A DNA stretch of 29,710 nt from a virus (lineage: Duplodnaviria; Caudoviricetes): positions 1-29,710 of IMG/VR virus record IMGVR_UViG_3300032266_001011, one strand, 5' to 3'. Of this stretch, positions 8,843 to 17,874 are shown one piece after another. The notes beneath the pieces are model-generated. The model searched no databases, was not told the origin of the DNA, and was given only the letters and a program-made list of their open reading frames with translations. Position numbers and translations under genes: made by a program. Numbering within the stretch: position 1 is the first letter of the stretch; each line of letters opens with the position of its first letter.

Positions 8843-9588
8843 TCGTTATCGGCCACACAGATTCCATCAACATCACCTTGTACATATTCTGCCTTTGAAT
8901 GCTTGGCCTTGTAGTGTATGAGATGATCGCCCAGCACCGTATGTCGTAGCGGAGTCTTGTAGCTTTTTTTAAATCCCGCACATAGATCCAATACAGCCGC
9001 ATCGGGCACTGTTAACAAGGCAGCACCAAACACATCGTTGTCATAGAATCTACGCAGATCAGCATGATCTCGGTCGCGATATCTGCGACAATATTCTGCT
9101 CTGAACGTGACAAAATCTTCATGCTGGGTATTCACAGCAAATATTCCAGTTTCGGGTACCAACCAAGTTCCTGGACGACCTCCTTTGTCTGTGTGATATG
9201 TCACACCCAGGTACATGGCCAGGTGATCAGGTCGCAACACTCTTTGCAGCAATTCAATGGGCAAGGATTGTGTGGTGATGACATCTGCATCCAACCACAA
9301 GATCCATTCAGCCGAACTGTGGTTCATGGCATGCATGAAACTGTATGCTTTCTTGGCAAACTTTTTCATGCTTTGATTCAATGAAGTATCCAGTTGATAT
9401 TGGAAATAGTCCGACTCTAACTGTGAAAAATCTATCTGCTGCACACGGTCATGTGCAGGCATGCGGAATCCTTCCACATAACAAGCAAGAGAGAGATCCT
9501 GAGGCCAATGCTCCAAGAAACTGCTGACCGAATCCTGACCAATGAGATCATAGTAGAGTTGATTGAAACTGGTGATTACCTGTATCAT
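8839..9588 (-). CDS. GT-A fold glycosyltransferase (DxD), paralog B
   Basis: Colinear with 8021..8842: VITSF, KFAKKAY, LWLDADV, ETG, DNDVF, LIHYKA. Start at 9588 by ATGA coupling with the upstream gene. Confidence 0.75.
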   Translation of the reverse strand: MIQVITSFNQLYYDLIGQDSVSSFLEHWPQDLSLACYVEGFRMPAHDRVQQIDFSQLESDYFQYQLDTSLNQSMKKFAKKAYSFMHAMNHSSAEWILWLDADVITTQSLPIELLQRVLRPDHLAMYLGVTYHTDKGGRPGTWLVPETGIFAVNTQHEDFVTFRAEYCRRYRDRDHADLRRFYDNDVFGAALLTVPDAAVLDLCAGFKKSYKTPLRHTVLGDHLIHYKAKHSKAEYVQGDVDGICVADND

Positions 9589-10553
9589 TTGATTGCCCAT
9601 TTCTTCATGTGTGCCCAACATACCCCCAACTGTAATTCTTCGTGACTCCAGTGGAACTGGCTGATTCTTTGCGCCCAAGGTTCACGGTCTGCCATGAGCG
9701 GAGTTTCTATCCGGTTGATTCCCTGGGTGGCCATGTCACGTGCTTGACTACGCTCTGGATCAGTTAATATCACAGGAATACCTTCCATCACCGCTGCCAC
9801 ACCTGGACTTGAATTATGATTCACAACTGCCCAACAGTCGGTGAAATCATCCATGAGACTGTGCCCTTCCGCACTGATTCCCATATGTTTTAATCCGCGA
9901 CTGTGACACAGTTTCATTATTCTCTCACAGTATTTCCTAGCCTTCTTGTCACCAGGATGTGGGCGTATGCGTATGGGTCGATCACTATACTTGCGTATTT
10001 CGATTATGTTTTTCAACGCCCAGTCCACCACATCCCATCCTGCCATGCTCCATCCACCATCACGTTGTAAACACAGCAACACATGATTGCCCGACTGTCG
10101 CCAAGGCCGTAATTTTACATCGCAAAAATCTTGAACTGTTCGCCATCTCGCAGGATCAGGATCCTGATCACAATATTCTCCGGTGTTGGCAAAGATGCCA
10201 TCATAGCTGTAACGCAACCAATAGCCGGGATTGGCCTTGTTCTTGTACAGGAACAAGTTACTGTCTGCGATCACAGTCCTACCACCTGCAGCCCGTTGCC
10301 CATCCAGGATTTCTTGTCTAAACTGCAAGTGCGCGGCAGTTTTGCCGTGTTCATGAACCCAGCCCAAGATCACAGCGACCTCGCTGGGTTGATATTTCAT
10401 GTTGCTTTCGATTATGCCCTGATCACCTACTGCGTTCGCGCCTTGTGCAAAATATCTCAGAGTGTCCAGTTTGTCTGTGGCGTTCTTGAGACTTTCTTCG
10501 GTGTTGTACTGCTCTTTTCTAGGCAGTGTGGCTGTGTAACTTATGACTCTCAT
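9585..10553 (-). CDS. KpsS/KpsC-like glycosyltransferase, paralog 2
   Basis: CLQRDGG, IRIRPHPGD, CWAVVNHNSSPGVAAVMEGIPVI. Confidence 0.65.
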   Translation of the reverse strand: MRVISYTATLPRKEQYNTEESLKNATDKLDTLRYFAQGANAVGDQGIIESNMKYQPSEVAVILGWVHEHGKTAAHLQFRQEILDGQRAAGGRTVIADSNLFLYKNKANPGYWLRYSYDGIFANTGEYCDQDPDPARWRTVQDFCDVKLRPWRQSGNHVLLCLQRDGGWSMAGWDVVDWALKNIIEIRKYSDRPIRIRPHPGDKKARKYCERIMKLCHSRGLKHMGISAEGHSLMDDFTDCWAVVNHNSSPGVAAVMEGIPVILTDPERSQARDMATQGINRIETPLMADREPWAQRISQFHWSHEELQLGVCWAHMKKWAIK

Positions 10554-11362
10554 ATTTCTTGCATCATCCTAAATGCCGTTCCATTCTTTAGTTCTTTCAC
10601 ATGATATTGCCCATATGCCATGCTATGACACCAGGCCATCAACAGGTCTTGATCAGGATAAAATACCTTTTCTATCATGGCAAGATCTCGATTGGCCACA
10701 GGTTCTGCCACGTGGCTGGGTGCCAGCACAAAGGCCGGCACACCTGCTAAAATGCTCTCCACTGCTGCCACACTGTTGAAGGTGACCAAGGCATGCACAT
10801 CTTGTTCCAGCACTTGACTCAATGGCTCGTTTAATACCCGGTCCTCCCGTTTTGGCGCACGTTCTCTCACCACCACAGGACGATCTGTATGCTGTTTGAT
10901 CGTGTCCACAGTTTCCTGGATCCATTTTTGTTGATCTATACCATAATGCTTGCAAGGTTTTTCATCTGGTGCTGCCACGATGATCTTGTGCCCGTAACGC
11001 CTTGGATGCGGAGTCACCCCCAAACGATCCCACCGATCACTGGGACGCGGGCGTATGATTCTATGTTGTAGATCATTCAGAACTATCCTGTGATAGTGTT
11101 TGATACCTTGGCTGTTGCGTACACCCACATTGTTGCCCACATAGCCCGAATCCATGAAATAGAAGTCGTTGCCATCTTCTAAGCACTGTTTCATGATCTT
11201 GTGTTTGAGAATACCTCTCAGTACCAATCGATTACGATCCTGTGCTATGTCGTATTTGTAATCAAAGTAGTCTGAATCCATATGTTTCATGCCGGCACTG
11301 GCAGCCAGCATGTTCACATATTCATCATTACCACCTTTGCTGAGAAAGATCCAGCCGCTCAT
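10550..11362 (-). CDS. KpsS/KpsC-like glycosyltransferase, paralog 3
   Basis: YFMDSGY, HTDRPVVVRER, HALVTFNSVAAVESILAGVPAF. The RPHP motif is replaced by RERA. Confidence 0.6.
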   Translation of the reverse strand: MSGWIFLSKGGNDEYVNMLAASAGMKHMDSDYFDYKYDIAQDRNRLVLRGILKHKIMKQCLEDGNDFYFMDSGYVGNNVGVRNSQGIKHYHRIVLNDLQHRIIRPRPSDRWDRLGVTPHPRRYGHKIIVAAPDEKPCKHYGIDQQKWIQETVDTIKQHTDRPVVVRERAPKREDRVLNEPLSQVLEQDVHALVTFNSVAAVESILAGVPAFVLAPSHVAEPVANRDLAMIEKVFYPDQDLLMAWCHSMAYGQYHVKELKNGTAFRMMQEI

Positions 11363-12036
11363 GAGATCACCTCAATACTGCACTGTTGATGTTGATTGCG
11401 ATATAGTGTTCGAAAACTTCGACCATAACTGTGAATCCATTCACCTAGCGCTCGAAATTCTCCTTGCTCCCAGAGATCGTACGATTTGACATCATGCCAG
11501 GGATACATCTCATCAAACACTATCACAGTTCCGGGCACAATACGATCATTCAACAATGTCAATATGTCCAGGGTGCTGCTGTATAGATCACAATCAACGT
11601 GTAGAAATGACACCACTCCAGGATTATGAATCATCCAAGGAACCACGGTCTGATTGAACCATCCGGGCACGAGTTGTACTTTTCTTTTGGCAAACTGATC
11701 CACAACCGCTTGTAGTTCCGCAGAGTCCAGTGCAAATTTTCCTGGTGGATTCTGTGCGTGCCGAGCGTGAACATCTGACTTCTTAAACCAAGTCTCGGGC
11801 AATCCTTCAAAACTATCAAACCCCCACACAGTTTGATTTATAAAATGATCCGAGATAATTTTCAGTGTGAGGCCTTGATATACACCAAATTCCATCACAT
11901 GCCCAGCGAGTTTTACTTTTTGTAGTGCATGAGTCAGATGACTATATCTTTGTGGTCTCTTGCTTTTGTTCCTGCAGTTGATGATCTCAGCGGAATGTAA
12001 ACAATCTATCTCAAAGTTTGTACTATCAATGATCAT
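11359..12036 (-). CDS. TylF/MycF/NovP-like sugar O-methyltransferase
   Basis: MEFGVYQG, WGFDSFEGLPE, GWFNQT, LHVDCDLYSST, GTVIVFDE. Confidence 0.85.
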   Translation of the reverse strand: MIIDSTNFEIDCLHSAEIINCRNKSKRPQRYSHLTHALQKVKLAGHVMEFGVYQGLTLKIISDHFINQTVWGFDSFEGLPETWFKKSDVHARHAQNPPGKFALDSAELQAVVDQFAKRKVQLVPGWFNQTVVPWMIHNPGVVSFLHVDCDLYSSTLDILTLLNDRIVPGTVIVFDEMYPWHDVKSYDLWEQGEFRALGEWIHSYGRSFRTLYRNQHQQCSIEVIS

Positions 12037-12722
12037 ACACCTAACCTCTGCTGACAGTATTCAGTGAAAATGCGTTCCTTGTGCCAGTCATCACAGAAAT
12101 CTCCACGATCTGCAAATTCATGAAAGCAAGGAGTTCCTAGCGTGTAATGCACAAGTTTTGCTAAGGGATTCCATTCGTATTCAACATCCAGCCAGTTCCA
12201 TTCTTTGGGCAACTCACCTATACGGTCATCATCGATCCAGGAGAATCTGTGCAAGAATGCGCCTGTTGAATTCTGCACAAATTCGGGTGTGAGTGTCCGG
12301 TTGCGTATGGCATTGCAATTCCACAAGATCACACTTGACCAGTTCTTACGTGGATAGTCTTCGTTTGGACTGCCCAGATACTTTTCAGTCATGCGGGTCT
12401 TGTAATCATGTTTCACAACCATCACATCTTTTGTGTAATCTTTAAAGTTCCAAAGTTCTGCGATATCCCCACGCACAATCATATCACCGTCGATGAATAT
12501 GGCCCAGCCCTGATAGTCCATGAGATATGGCACCAGGAAGCGTGTGTATATGAAATGATTTGATCCATCTGTGTGTGTTTCACTATAGTCTCGGAACAAG
12601 TTCAATGCCACAGGCACTATGGCCACAGGCTGACTGCTGTTGCGTATGATTGAATTCACACAGGTGTGATAAGCAATGGCTTCTCTGGGGTCATATCCCA
12701 CAAACACAGGAATGGGTTTCAT
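12033..12722 (-). CDS. GT8-related (GT-A) glycosyltransferase
   Basis: VFVGYDPRE, FIYTRFLVP, FIDGDM (DxD), YPRKNWSSVILWNC, LPKEWN, HYTLGTP. Start set at ATG 12722. Confidence 0.85.
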   Translation of the reverse strand: MKPIPVFVGYDPREAIAYHTCVNSIIRNSSQPVAIVPVALNLFRDYSETHTDGSNHFIYTRFLVPYLMDYQGWAIFIDGDMIVRGDIAELWNFKDYTKDVMVVKHDYKTRMTEKYLGSPNEDYPRKNWSSVILWNCNAIRNRTLTPEFVQNSTGAFLHRFSWIDDDRIGELPKEWNWLDVEYEWNPLAKLVHYTLGTPCFHEFADRGDFCDDWHKERIFTEYCQQRLGV

Positions 12723-12726
12723 GAAA

Positions 12727-12754
12727 TATTTATCGGCGTACATAACGGTAAATA
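12727..12754. promoter_or_regulatory. Back-to-back late-type TAAATA promoters
   Basis: Minus-strand TAAATA (12727-12732) lies 4 nt before ATG 12722. Plus-strand TAAATA (12749-12754) lies 4 nt before ATG 12759. Confidence 0.7.
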
Positions 12755-12758
12755 CATT

Positions 12759-13487
12759 ATGACGTCATTGGATGAACACTTTTTGCCCTACGAATACAAG
12801 TCGAGTTCGCAACACCGAGAAGATGGTATAATAGATCTCTTGTGCTCACACATCACTGATCCTGACCATCGTGCTATTGAAATAGGATCCGGCACCGGTG
12901 AGCAAAACATGATCCGCAATCTTGTTGAGAATCTTGGATATCATGGTATTGGGCATGATCTGCAATCGGCCACTTGGGCCCATCCCAGTTATGAACACAG
13001 GATCTGTGCTGTGGCATTGGATCAACTTGGATCTTTAATCAAAACATGGCCCACACGTACCCCGGACTTTTTTAGCCTGGATATTGATAGTTTTGATTTT
13101 TGGGTACTAAAAGATCTCTTGTACAAGCATGATTTCCGCCCGGCTGTGATGTGTTTGGAATATCTCAGTTATTATCAGGATCAAGTGGTGAGTGTGCGAC
13201 CCGGATTACCCAAATACAAAAAGACCTACTGCGGATGCAGCCTGGCAGCATATCAACTGCTCACTGAACGATTTGGATATCGATTCTTCACAGTGGACAC
13301 CCACGGCGTGAACAGTTTCTTCTATCACCCAGATCGTATACGGGATGTTGATGTGTTGCAGAATCTGCCCACACATGCTTGGAGAATGTATCCTAAACAC
13401 GCAGGCCTTTCTGTGACAGCATTTCACCATGTGATGGAATTTGACCCCGTTGTTCTATTTGACAATACTCTATATGCACAAACTTAA
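12759..13487 (+). CDS. FkbM-related class I SAM methyltransferase
   Basis: SSQHREDGII, AIEIGSGTG, DFFSLDIDSFDFWV, RPAVMCLEY, GCSL, GVNSFF. Confidence 0.7.
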   Translation: MTSLDEHFLPYEYKSSSQHREDGIIDLLCSHITDPDHRAIEIGSGTGEQNMIRNLVENLGYHGIGHDLQSATWAHPSYEHRICAVALDQLGSLIKTWPTRTPDFFSLDIDSFDFWVLKDLLYKHDFRPAVMCLEYLSYYQDQVVSVRPGLPKYKKTYCGCSLAAYQLLTERFGYRFFTVDTHGVNSFFYHPDRIRDVDVLQNLPTHAWRMYPKHAGLSVTAFHHVMEFDPVVLFDNTLYAQT

Positions 13488-14205
13488 TCTCAACTGCCAC
13501 GGTTTGAATTTTGATTTTTGTATACATGATCCGGGTATAGACCGGATGGTCAGCAGAAAAATACTAAAACACAATGGCTGGGAAAGTAACATAACAAAAA
13601 TATGGATAGATCATATACGGCCGGGCGATGTTGTGGTCGACATAGGTGCTAACATCGGCTGGTACAGCAAAATAGCTCAACTCCAACAGGCTGAAGTTTT
13701 TGCATTTGAGCCCGATCCTAGAAACTTCCAAGTCTTGGAACAAAACTGTCCACATGCACATCTTTTTGAATCAGCACTGGGCGACTGTGAATCTACTACA
13801 ACTATCAAATATAATCCGGACAATTTTGGGGATACCAGAGTGGCATCCGACGGAGATGTTGTGGTGAATCAAACAACGCTGGATGCTGTGATTGGTGATC
13901 GTGCAGGTGAAATACGTGCTATAAAAATAGATGTTCAAGGTTGGGAACCACATGTATTACACGGTGCTGCGAACACCATGAAAAATTTGCCCAGTGGCTG
14001 TTTGGTAGTCTTGGAGTTTTGTCCTGTTTTGTTGGCGGAAAATAATTTCGATATGCACTGCCTTGATGATTTTTTCCAATTGTTCAGCAATTCCTATGCA
14101 TTAAGAAAAGAAGAAACACTCAGTATAGATCACATGATTGAGTGGGCAGAACTGGTCAAAAATGATTCCCAGCTGTTGTACGCCGATACTGTTAATTTTG
14201 TGTAG
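13474..14205 (+). CDS. FkbM family methyltransferase
   Basis: VVDIGANIGWYS, AFEPDPRNF, TLD, IKIDVQGWE..VL.G. Start set at ATG 13474. Confidence 0.9.
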   Translation: MHKLNLNCHGLNFDFCIHDPGIDRMVSRKILKHNGWESNITKIWIDHIRPGDVVVDIGANIGWYSKIAQLQQAEVFAFEPDPRNFQVLEQNCPHAHLFESALGDCESTTTIKYNPDNFGDTRVASDGDVVVNQTTLDAVIGDRAGEIRAIKIDVQGWEPHVLHGAANTMKNLPSGCLVVLEFCPVLLAENNFDMHCLDDFFQLFSNSYALRKEETLSIDHMIEWAELVKNDSQLLYADTVNFV

Positions 14206-14215
14206 GAATCTATCA

Positions 14216-14800
14216 ATGATGGAACATTTCTATCAAGACATCTCGGGCTTTATGAGCCACAAAAATACTGTGATGCTGGATCTGGTATTGGATCAATTTC
14301 CTGCTGAAGGCACTTGGGTAGAACTAGGATCCTGGACCGGACGCAGTGCCGCATATTGTGTGGTTGAACTGATCAACAGAAACAAACTGGGTGAGTTCTA
14401 TTGTGTGGATATCTGGAAAGGTGAAGCAGCTATCGCGTATGATCCAGCCACTGTGCAGGATCTTGAAAAGATTTTCAAACACAATCTCTCTCCGGTGATA
14501 GAACATGTAACAATGTTGAGCATGACGAGTTGGGATTCGGCTACCCATTTTGCGGACGAGTCAGTGGATTTTTGCTATGTGGATGCGGGACACAGTTATG
14601 AAGCGGTCACAAATGATTTAACTGCTTGGTGGCCCAAACTGCGCCCGGGATCTTGTTTTGCCGGCGATGACTACACCAAAGGATATCCCGGTGTGCAGCA
14701 GGCAGTATGGGACTTCTTTGGCCCAAGAGATATCCAGGTACGTAGATCGGGTCGCTGTTGGCTGGTCACAAAACCATTTGATGACAGCAGTTTGATTTAA
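14216..14800 (+). CDS. Class I SAM methyltransferase (Methyltransf_24-like)
   Basis: VELGSWTGRS, CVDIW, DFCYVDAGHSYE, WPKLRPG...GDDY, GV.QAV; AGGA SD before ATG 14216. Confidence 0.85.
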   Translation: MMEHFYQDISGFMSHKNTVMLDLVLDQFPAEGTWVELGSWTGRSAAYCVVELINRNKLGEFYCVDIWKGEAAIAYDPATVQDLEKIFKHNLSPVIEHVTMLSMTSWDSATHFADESVDFCYVDAGHSYEAVTNDLTAWWPKLRPGSCFAGDDYTKGYPGVQQAVWDFFGPRDIQVRRSGRCWLVTKPFDDSSLI

Positions 14801-14803
14801 ATA
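14798..14803 (+). promoter_or_regulatory. Late-type TAAATA box
   Basis: TAAATA lies 4 nt before ATG 14808, with no SD. Confidence 0.55.
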
Positions 14804-14807
14804 AAAT

Positions 14808-15440
14808 ATGACTTGGCTTAAACATTATCGAGACAACTACTACCACTTATTAAATCCACAAGTGAGCGGTGCCAAAAGAGGATTGACGGAAGGTCTTTAT
14901 CAGCGCGCCGAGGGATTCAATCTTGTGTTTGCACATCTTGAAAGCCGCGATCAGAGTGAATATCATATCGTTGAAACCGGCACCATGAGAAATCCTGGCA
15001 ATTGGAAAGATGGACAAAGTGCTCGACTATTCACGGAATTTGTAGAACATCACAGTGGTAGTGTGCGTAGCGTAGATATAGATCCCGCAGCAGTAGATGC
15101 TGCCCGTACAGCTATCACATCCGAGAAATTTGAAAGCACATGCATGGACAGTGTGCTGTATTTGGCCACACAATTGGATTTGGATTGTGTGGATCTTTTT
15201 TATCTTGACAGCTATGATGTAAAATGGGATAATGATCACGCGAGTGCCCAGCATCATTTGATGGAATTTCAGGTGATTGAACCACATCTCAAACCTGGGG
15301 CCTTGGTGGTGATCGACGATAACAGTAGATTTTTAAATAGCAATCAACGCACAGGAAAAGGCCATTACATTGCAGACTACTTGCAAGCAAAAGGACATGA
15401 ACCTTTATACGATGCATATCAGATCATTTATAGATTTTAA
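14808..15440 (+). CDS. Class I SAM methyltransferase-like protein
   Basis: IVETGT, SVDID, DSVLYL, LFYLDSYD, LKPGALVVIDD, GKG. Confidence 0.75.
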   Translation: MTWLKHYRDNYYHLLNPQVSGAKRGLTEGLYQRAEGFNLVFAHLESRDQSEYHIVETGTMRNPGNWKDGQSARLFTEFVEHHSGSVRSVDIDPAAVDAARTAITSEKFESTCMDSVLYLATQLDLDCVDLFYLDSYDVKWDNDHASAQHHLMEFQVIEPHLKPGALVVIDDNSRFLNSNQRTGKGHYIADYLQAKGHEPLYDAYQIIYRF

Positions 15441-15442
15441 TC

Positions 15443-16228
15443 ATGATTATTGATACTTTATTATTCAACAACGAATTCGACATGCTGGACATACATCTGG
15501 CCATCACTGACCAGTATGTGGATCGCTGGGTGGTACTAGAAGCCAGCAGAACTTTTAGCGGCATCTCTAAACCTTACTATCTCACTGATAATCTTCACAG
15601 ATATCAAAAACGCTATGGCGATAGAATCCAAGTTGTCACATTGGAACTGACAGCAGAGCAGACCAATCTCATATGCGAAACCATGATGCGGCAAGCCATA
15701 GCACCTGCACTTGCACAATACAGCGCAGAAGACATTGTGATACACGGTGATCTGGATGAGATCATCAATCCCGAATGCTGGGCAGAAATCGTGGCCACAA
15801 TGGATCAACATGATCGACCTGTCAGTTGCGGATTTGAGATGTACATGTACAAGTTTGATCAGCGGGCCGAGCGTGGATGGAAAGGTAGTGTGGTAGCACG
15901 CCGACGCATGTTCGACACACCACACGAGTTATATAAAGGTGCTAGTATCAAACGCAAAAATCGCAATCATTGCGTGGGATTAAAGACGCATGTGGGCTGG
16001 CACTGGACCTGGATGGGCTCTGACGAGCTGATACGCAACAAGGTAGTGAGTTGTATAGAAACCCAGCACAGAGATCCTGAAGAGATGTTGCAGGCATTTA
16101 AAAGAAAAGATACCATTAGTGCGATAAATCACAAAGCCACTACACATGTGGTGGATACTCAATATCCTGAATCAGTACAGGCCGTTCTCAAAAGATATCC
16201 AGCTTATTGGCATAATCCGCCGGTGTGA
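15443..16228 (+). CDS. GT17-like beta-1,4-N-acetylglucosaminyltransferase
   Basis: FNNEFDML, VLEASRTFSG..KP, HGDLDEI, GWHWTWMG...K. Confidence 0.75.
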   Translation: MIIDTLLFNNEFDMLDIHLAITDQYVDRWVVLEASRTFSGISKPYYLTDNLHRYQKRYGDRIQVVTLELTAEQTNLICETMMRQAIAPALAQYSAEDIVIHGDLDEIINPECWAEIVATMDQHDRPVSCGFEMYMYKFDQRAERGWKGSVVARRRMFDTPHELYKGASIKRKNRNHCVGLKTHVGWHWTWMGSDELIRNKVVSCIETQHRDPEEMLQAFKRKDTISAINHKATTHVVDTQYPESVQAVLKRYPAYWHNPPV

Positions 16229-17049
16229 TCGTGGCCACTCAATCAGAAAAAGATCTTCATCGTGCCGCCCGAAACGCACATCGTGCTCGGAAAAGAAATG
16301 ATCCTGTGCCCACAGCGGTAAATGATCCTGCAGGACCTGTAGATTGCGCCTGTGTTATACATGGCAACGGGTATGATTTCACCTATGTGGATCGACTGCA
16401 TAACATGCTTAATCGTCATTTGTCGCGCGGCGCTAGATTACATGTGTACACAGAAGCTTCACGCCCAGTGCCCAGTCACATGATCCGACATGACCTAACC
16501 GAATGGCCAGGGGTATCGGGGCGCAAACGCAGCTGGTGGTACAAGATGCAGCTATTCAACAGTGACCATTTCCGCGGACAATTGTTGTATTTTGATCTAG
16601 ACACAGTGATCGTGAGCAATATAGATTGGATCGTGAATCTCAGTCCGGTGTTTTTTTGGACCTTGCGTGATTTTCGATCACTGTGGCGTCCGGACTTGCA
16701 CACCATGAATTCGTCTGTGATGTACTGGAACACTCAAAATTGGAATTTGATCTGGACTCAATTTGAACAGCAGGGCATAGAGCGCATAGGCCTGCGCCAT
16801 CAACATGGTGGTGATCAGGACTATTTAAACACTGTGATTCCTGCTAACAAGCGCAGGTTTTTAGACGAACGCCGAATAGTAAGCTGGCGTTGGACAGCAT
16901 TAGATGGTGGTATGAATTTCCGAAATAGAACTTATCACAGGCCCGGTCGCGGCACTATATTGAGTCCAGAAAATAGTGTACTGGTATTTCACGGCGATCC
17001 AAAACCACATGAAGTGTCTGATGCTGTAATAAAATCCCACTGGGTCTGA
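16225..17049 (+). CDS. GT-A (GT8-like) glycosyltransferase
   Basis: YVDRLHNM, WWYKMQLF, LYFDLDTVI (DxD), NSSVMYW, GDQDY, VFHGDPKPHE. Confidence 0.85.
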   Translation: MIVATQSEKDLHRAARNAHRARKRNDPVPTAVNDPAGPVDCACVIHGNGYDFTYVDRLHNMLNRHLSRGARLHVYTEASRPVPSHMIRHDLTEWPGVSGRKRSWWYKMQLFNSDHFRGQLLYFDLDTVIVSNIDWIVNLSPVFFWTLRDFRSLWRPDLHTMNSSVMYWNTQNWNLIWTQFEQQGIERIGLRHQHGGDQDYLNTVIPANKRRFLDERRIVSWRWTALDGGMNFRNRTYHRPGRGTILSPENSVLVFHGDPKPHEVSDAVIKSHWV

Positions 17050-17051
17050 CA

Positions 17052-17057
17052 TAAATA
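17052..17057 (+). promoter_or_regulatory. Late-type TAAATA box
   Basis: cATAAATA right after the stop at 17049, followed by GGAGG SD and ATG 17076. Confidence 0.6.
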
Positions 17058-17075
17058 CAGCATGGAGGACAAATC

Positions 17076-17639
17076 ATGGTTCAACGAATAGTCAAATTGA
17101 TAGGTAGTGCATATTCAACTAGTGGCAATGTGCATGTGCAAGCAACATACAATGGAGTAGAGATCTTAAATGGTCCTGTCACTACCACTGTGACAGATGC
17201 GATTCCTGTCGCAGGACAATTGCCTGTGCCTGCTTTGGACGATTTGGTCCTGTTTGAAACCACAACAGATACCACTGGGCAAATACCAGTTTCCATCACT
17301 GTGACCGGCGGCACTTTGTTTTTTACAAATTTTTGGATGAACTACACTGGATTTACTCAAGTCATCGGCGAATCTAGCTTTCCCGAAAACTCCGCCAATT
17401 CAGACCAATCTATCTTGATCACAATTGTGGAACCTCACAATTTTTATTCGGACCCAAACAAGAACACTGTGGAAAGTGATGGCATTTCAAATCTCACCAA
17501 GGATGGTAAACCCTGGATCTGGCGAGAGAATGTGGGCGATAGGTTAGGTGATTGGACATATCCTATCGCTGATGGCGAAACAGTGACCTTTGATTTTTTT
17601 GTAGATCCTGCAAAGGTGGTGTTGGTGGCACCAACTTAA
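17076..17639 (+). CDS. Hypothetical beta-rich protein, possibly virion-associated
   Basis: 187 aa, T/V/G-rich, with its own late box, strong SD and terminator. Confidence 0.7.
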   Translation: MVQRIVKLIGSAYSTSGNVHVQATYNGVEILNGPVTTTVTDAIPVAGQLPVPALDDLVLFETTTDTTGQIPVSITVTGGTLFFTNFWMNYTGFTQVIGESSFPENSANSDQSILITIVEPHNFYSDPNKNTVESDGISNLTKDGKPWIWRENVGDRLGDWTYPIADGETVTFDFFVDPAKVVLVAPT

Positions 17640-17656
17640 TTGATGTATACATCATC

Positions 17657-17686
17657 AAAACCCTGCATGTTGTAGGGTTTTTTTTT
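17657..17686 (+). terminator. Rho-independent terminator
   Basis: AAAACCCTGCA-tgt-TGTAGGG followed by T9. Confidence 0.85.
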
Positions 17687-17690
17687 GAGG

Positions 17691-17719
17691 TTGACCCATA
17701 TCGCAATCTGCACTATAAT
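17691..17719 (+). promoter_or_regulatory. sigma70-type early promoter
   Basis: TTGACC-17-TATAAT. Confidence 0.75.
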
Positions 17720-17813
17720 ACACTCATGTCAACACCGAAGCACACAACAAAAACCGCTGAAAAATGTCGCAATTTTTCGCAAGTAGAGTTGGAAAAAGAT
17801 GCAAGCAAAACGG

Positions 17814-17842
17814 TTGACTGGTATCGTAATCGCTGCTACAAT
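17814..17842 (+). promoter_or_regulatory. sigma70-type early promoter (tandem)
   Basis: TTGACT-17-TACAAT with an extended TG and an A-rich upstream region. Confidence 0.75.
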
Positions 17843-17874
17843 AGTGGCTTAACAACACAACGGGGCTAGAAACC

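Noticed and set aside
9589-9678. Longest-ORF N-terminal extensions (also at 6172, 12666, 12743, 13441, 14138, 23380)
   Set aside because: They overlap neighbouring genes or promoters. Downstream ATGs fit coupling, SD or promoter geometry and family N-termini better.
6187-17049. Bacterial O-antigen or capsule locus (host DNA or chimera)
   Set aside because: No wzx, wzy, wzm or kpsMT genes; strands alternate; phage late boxes are present; and the region is embedded seamlessly among T4-like genes.
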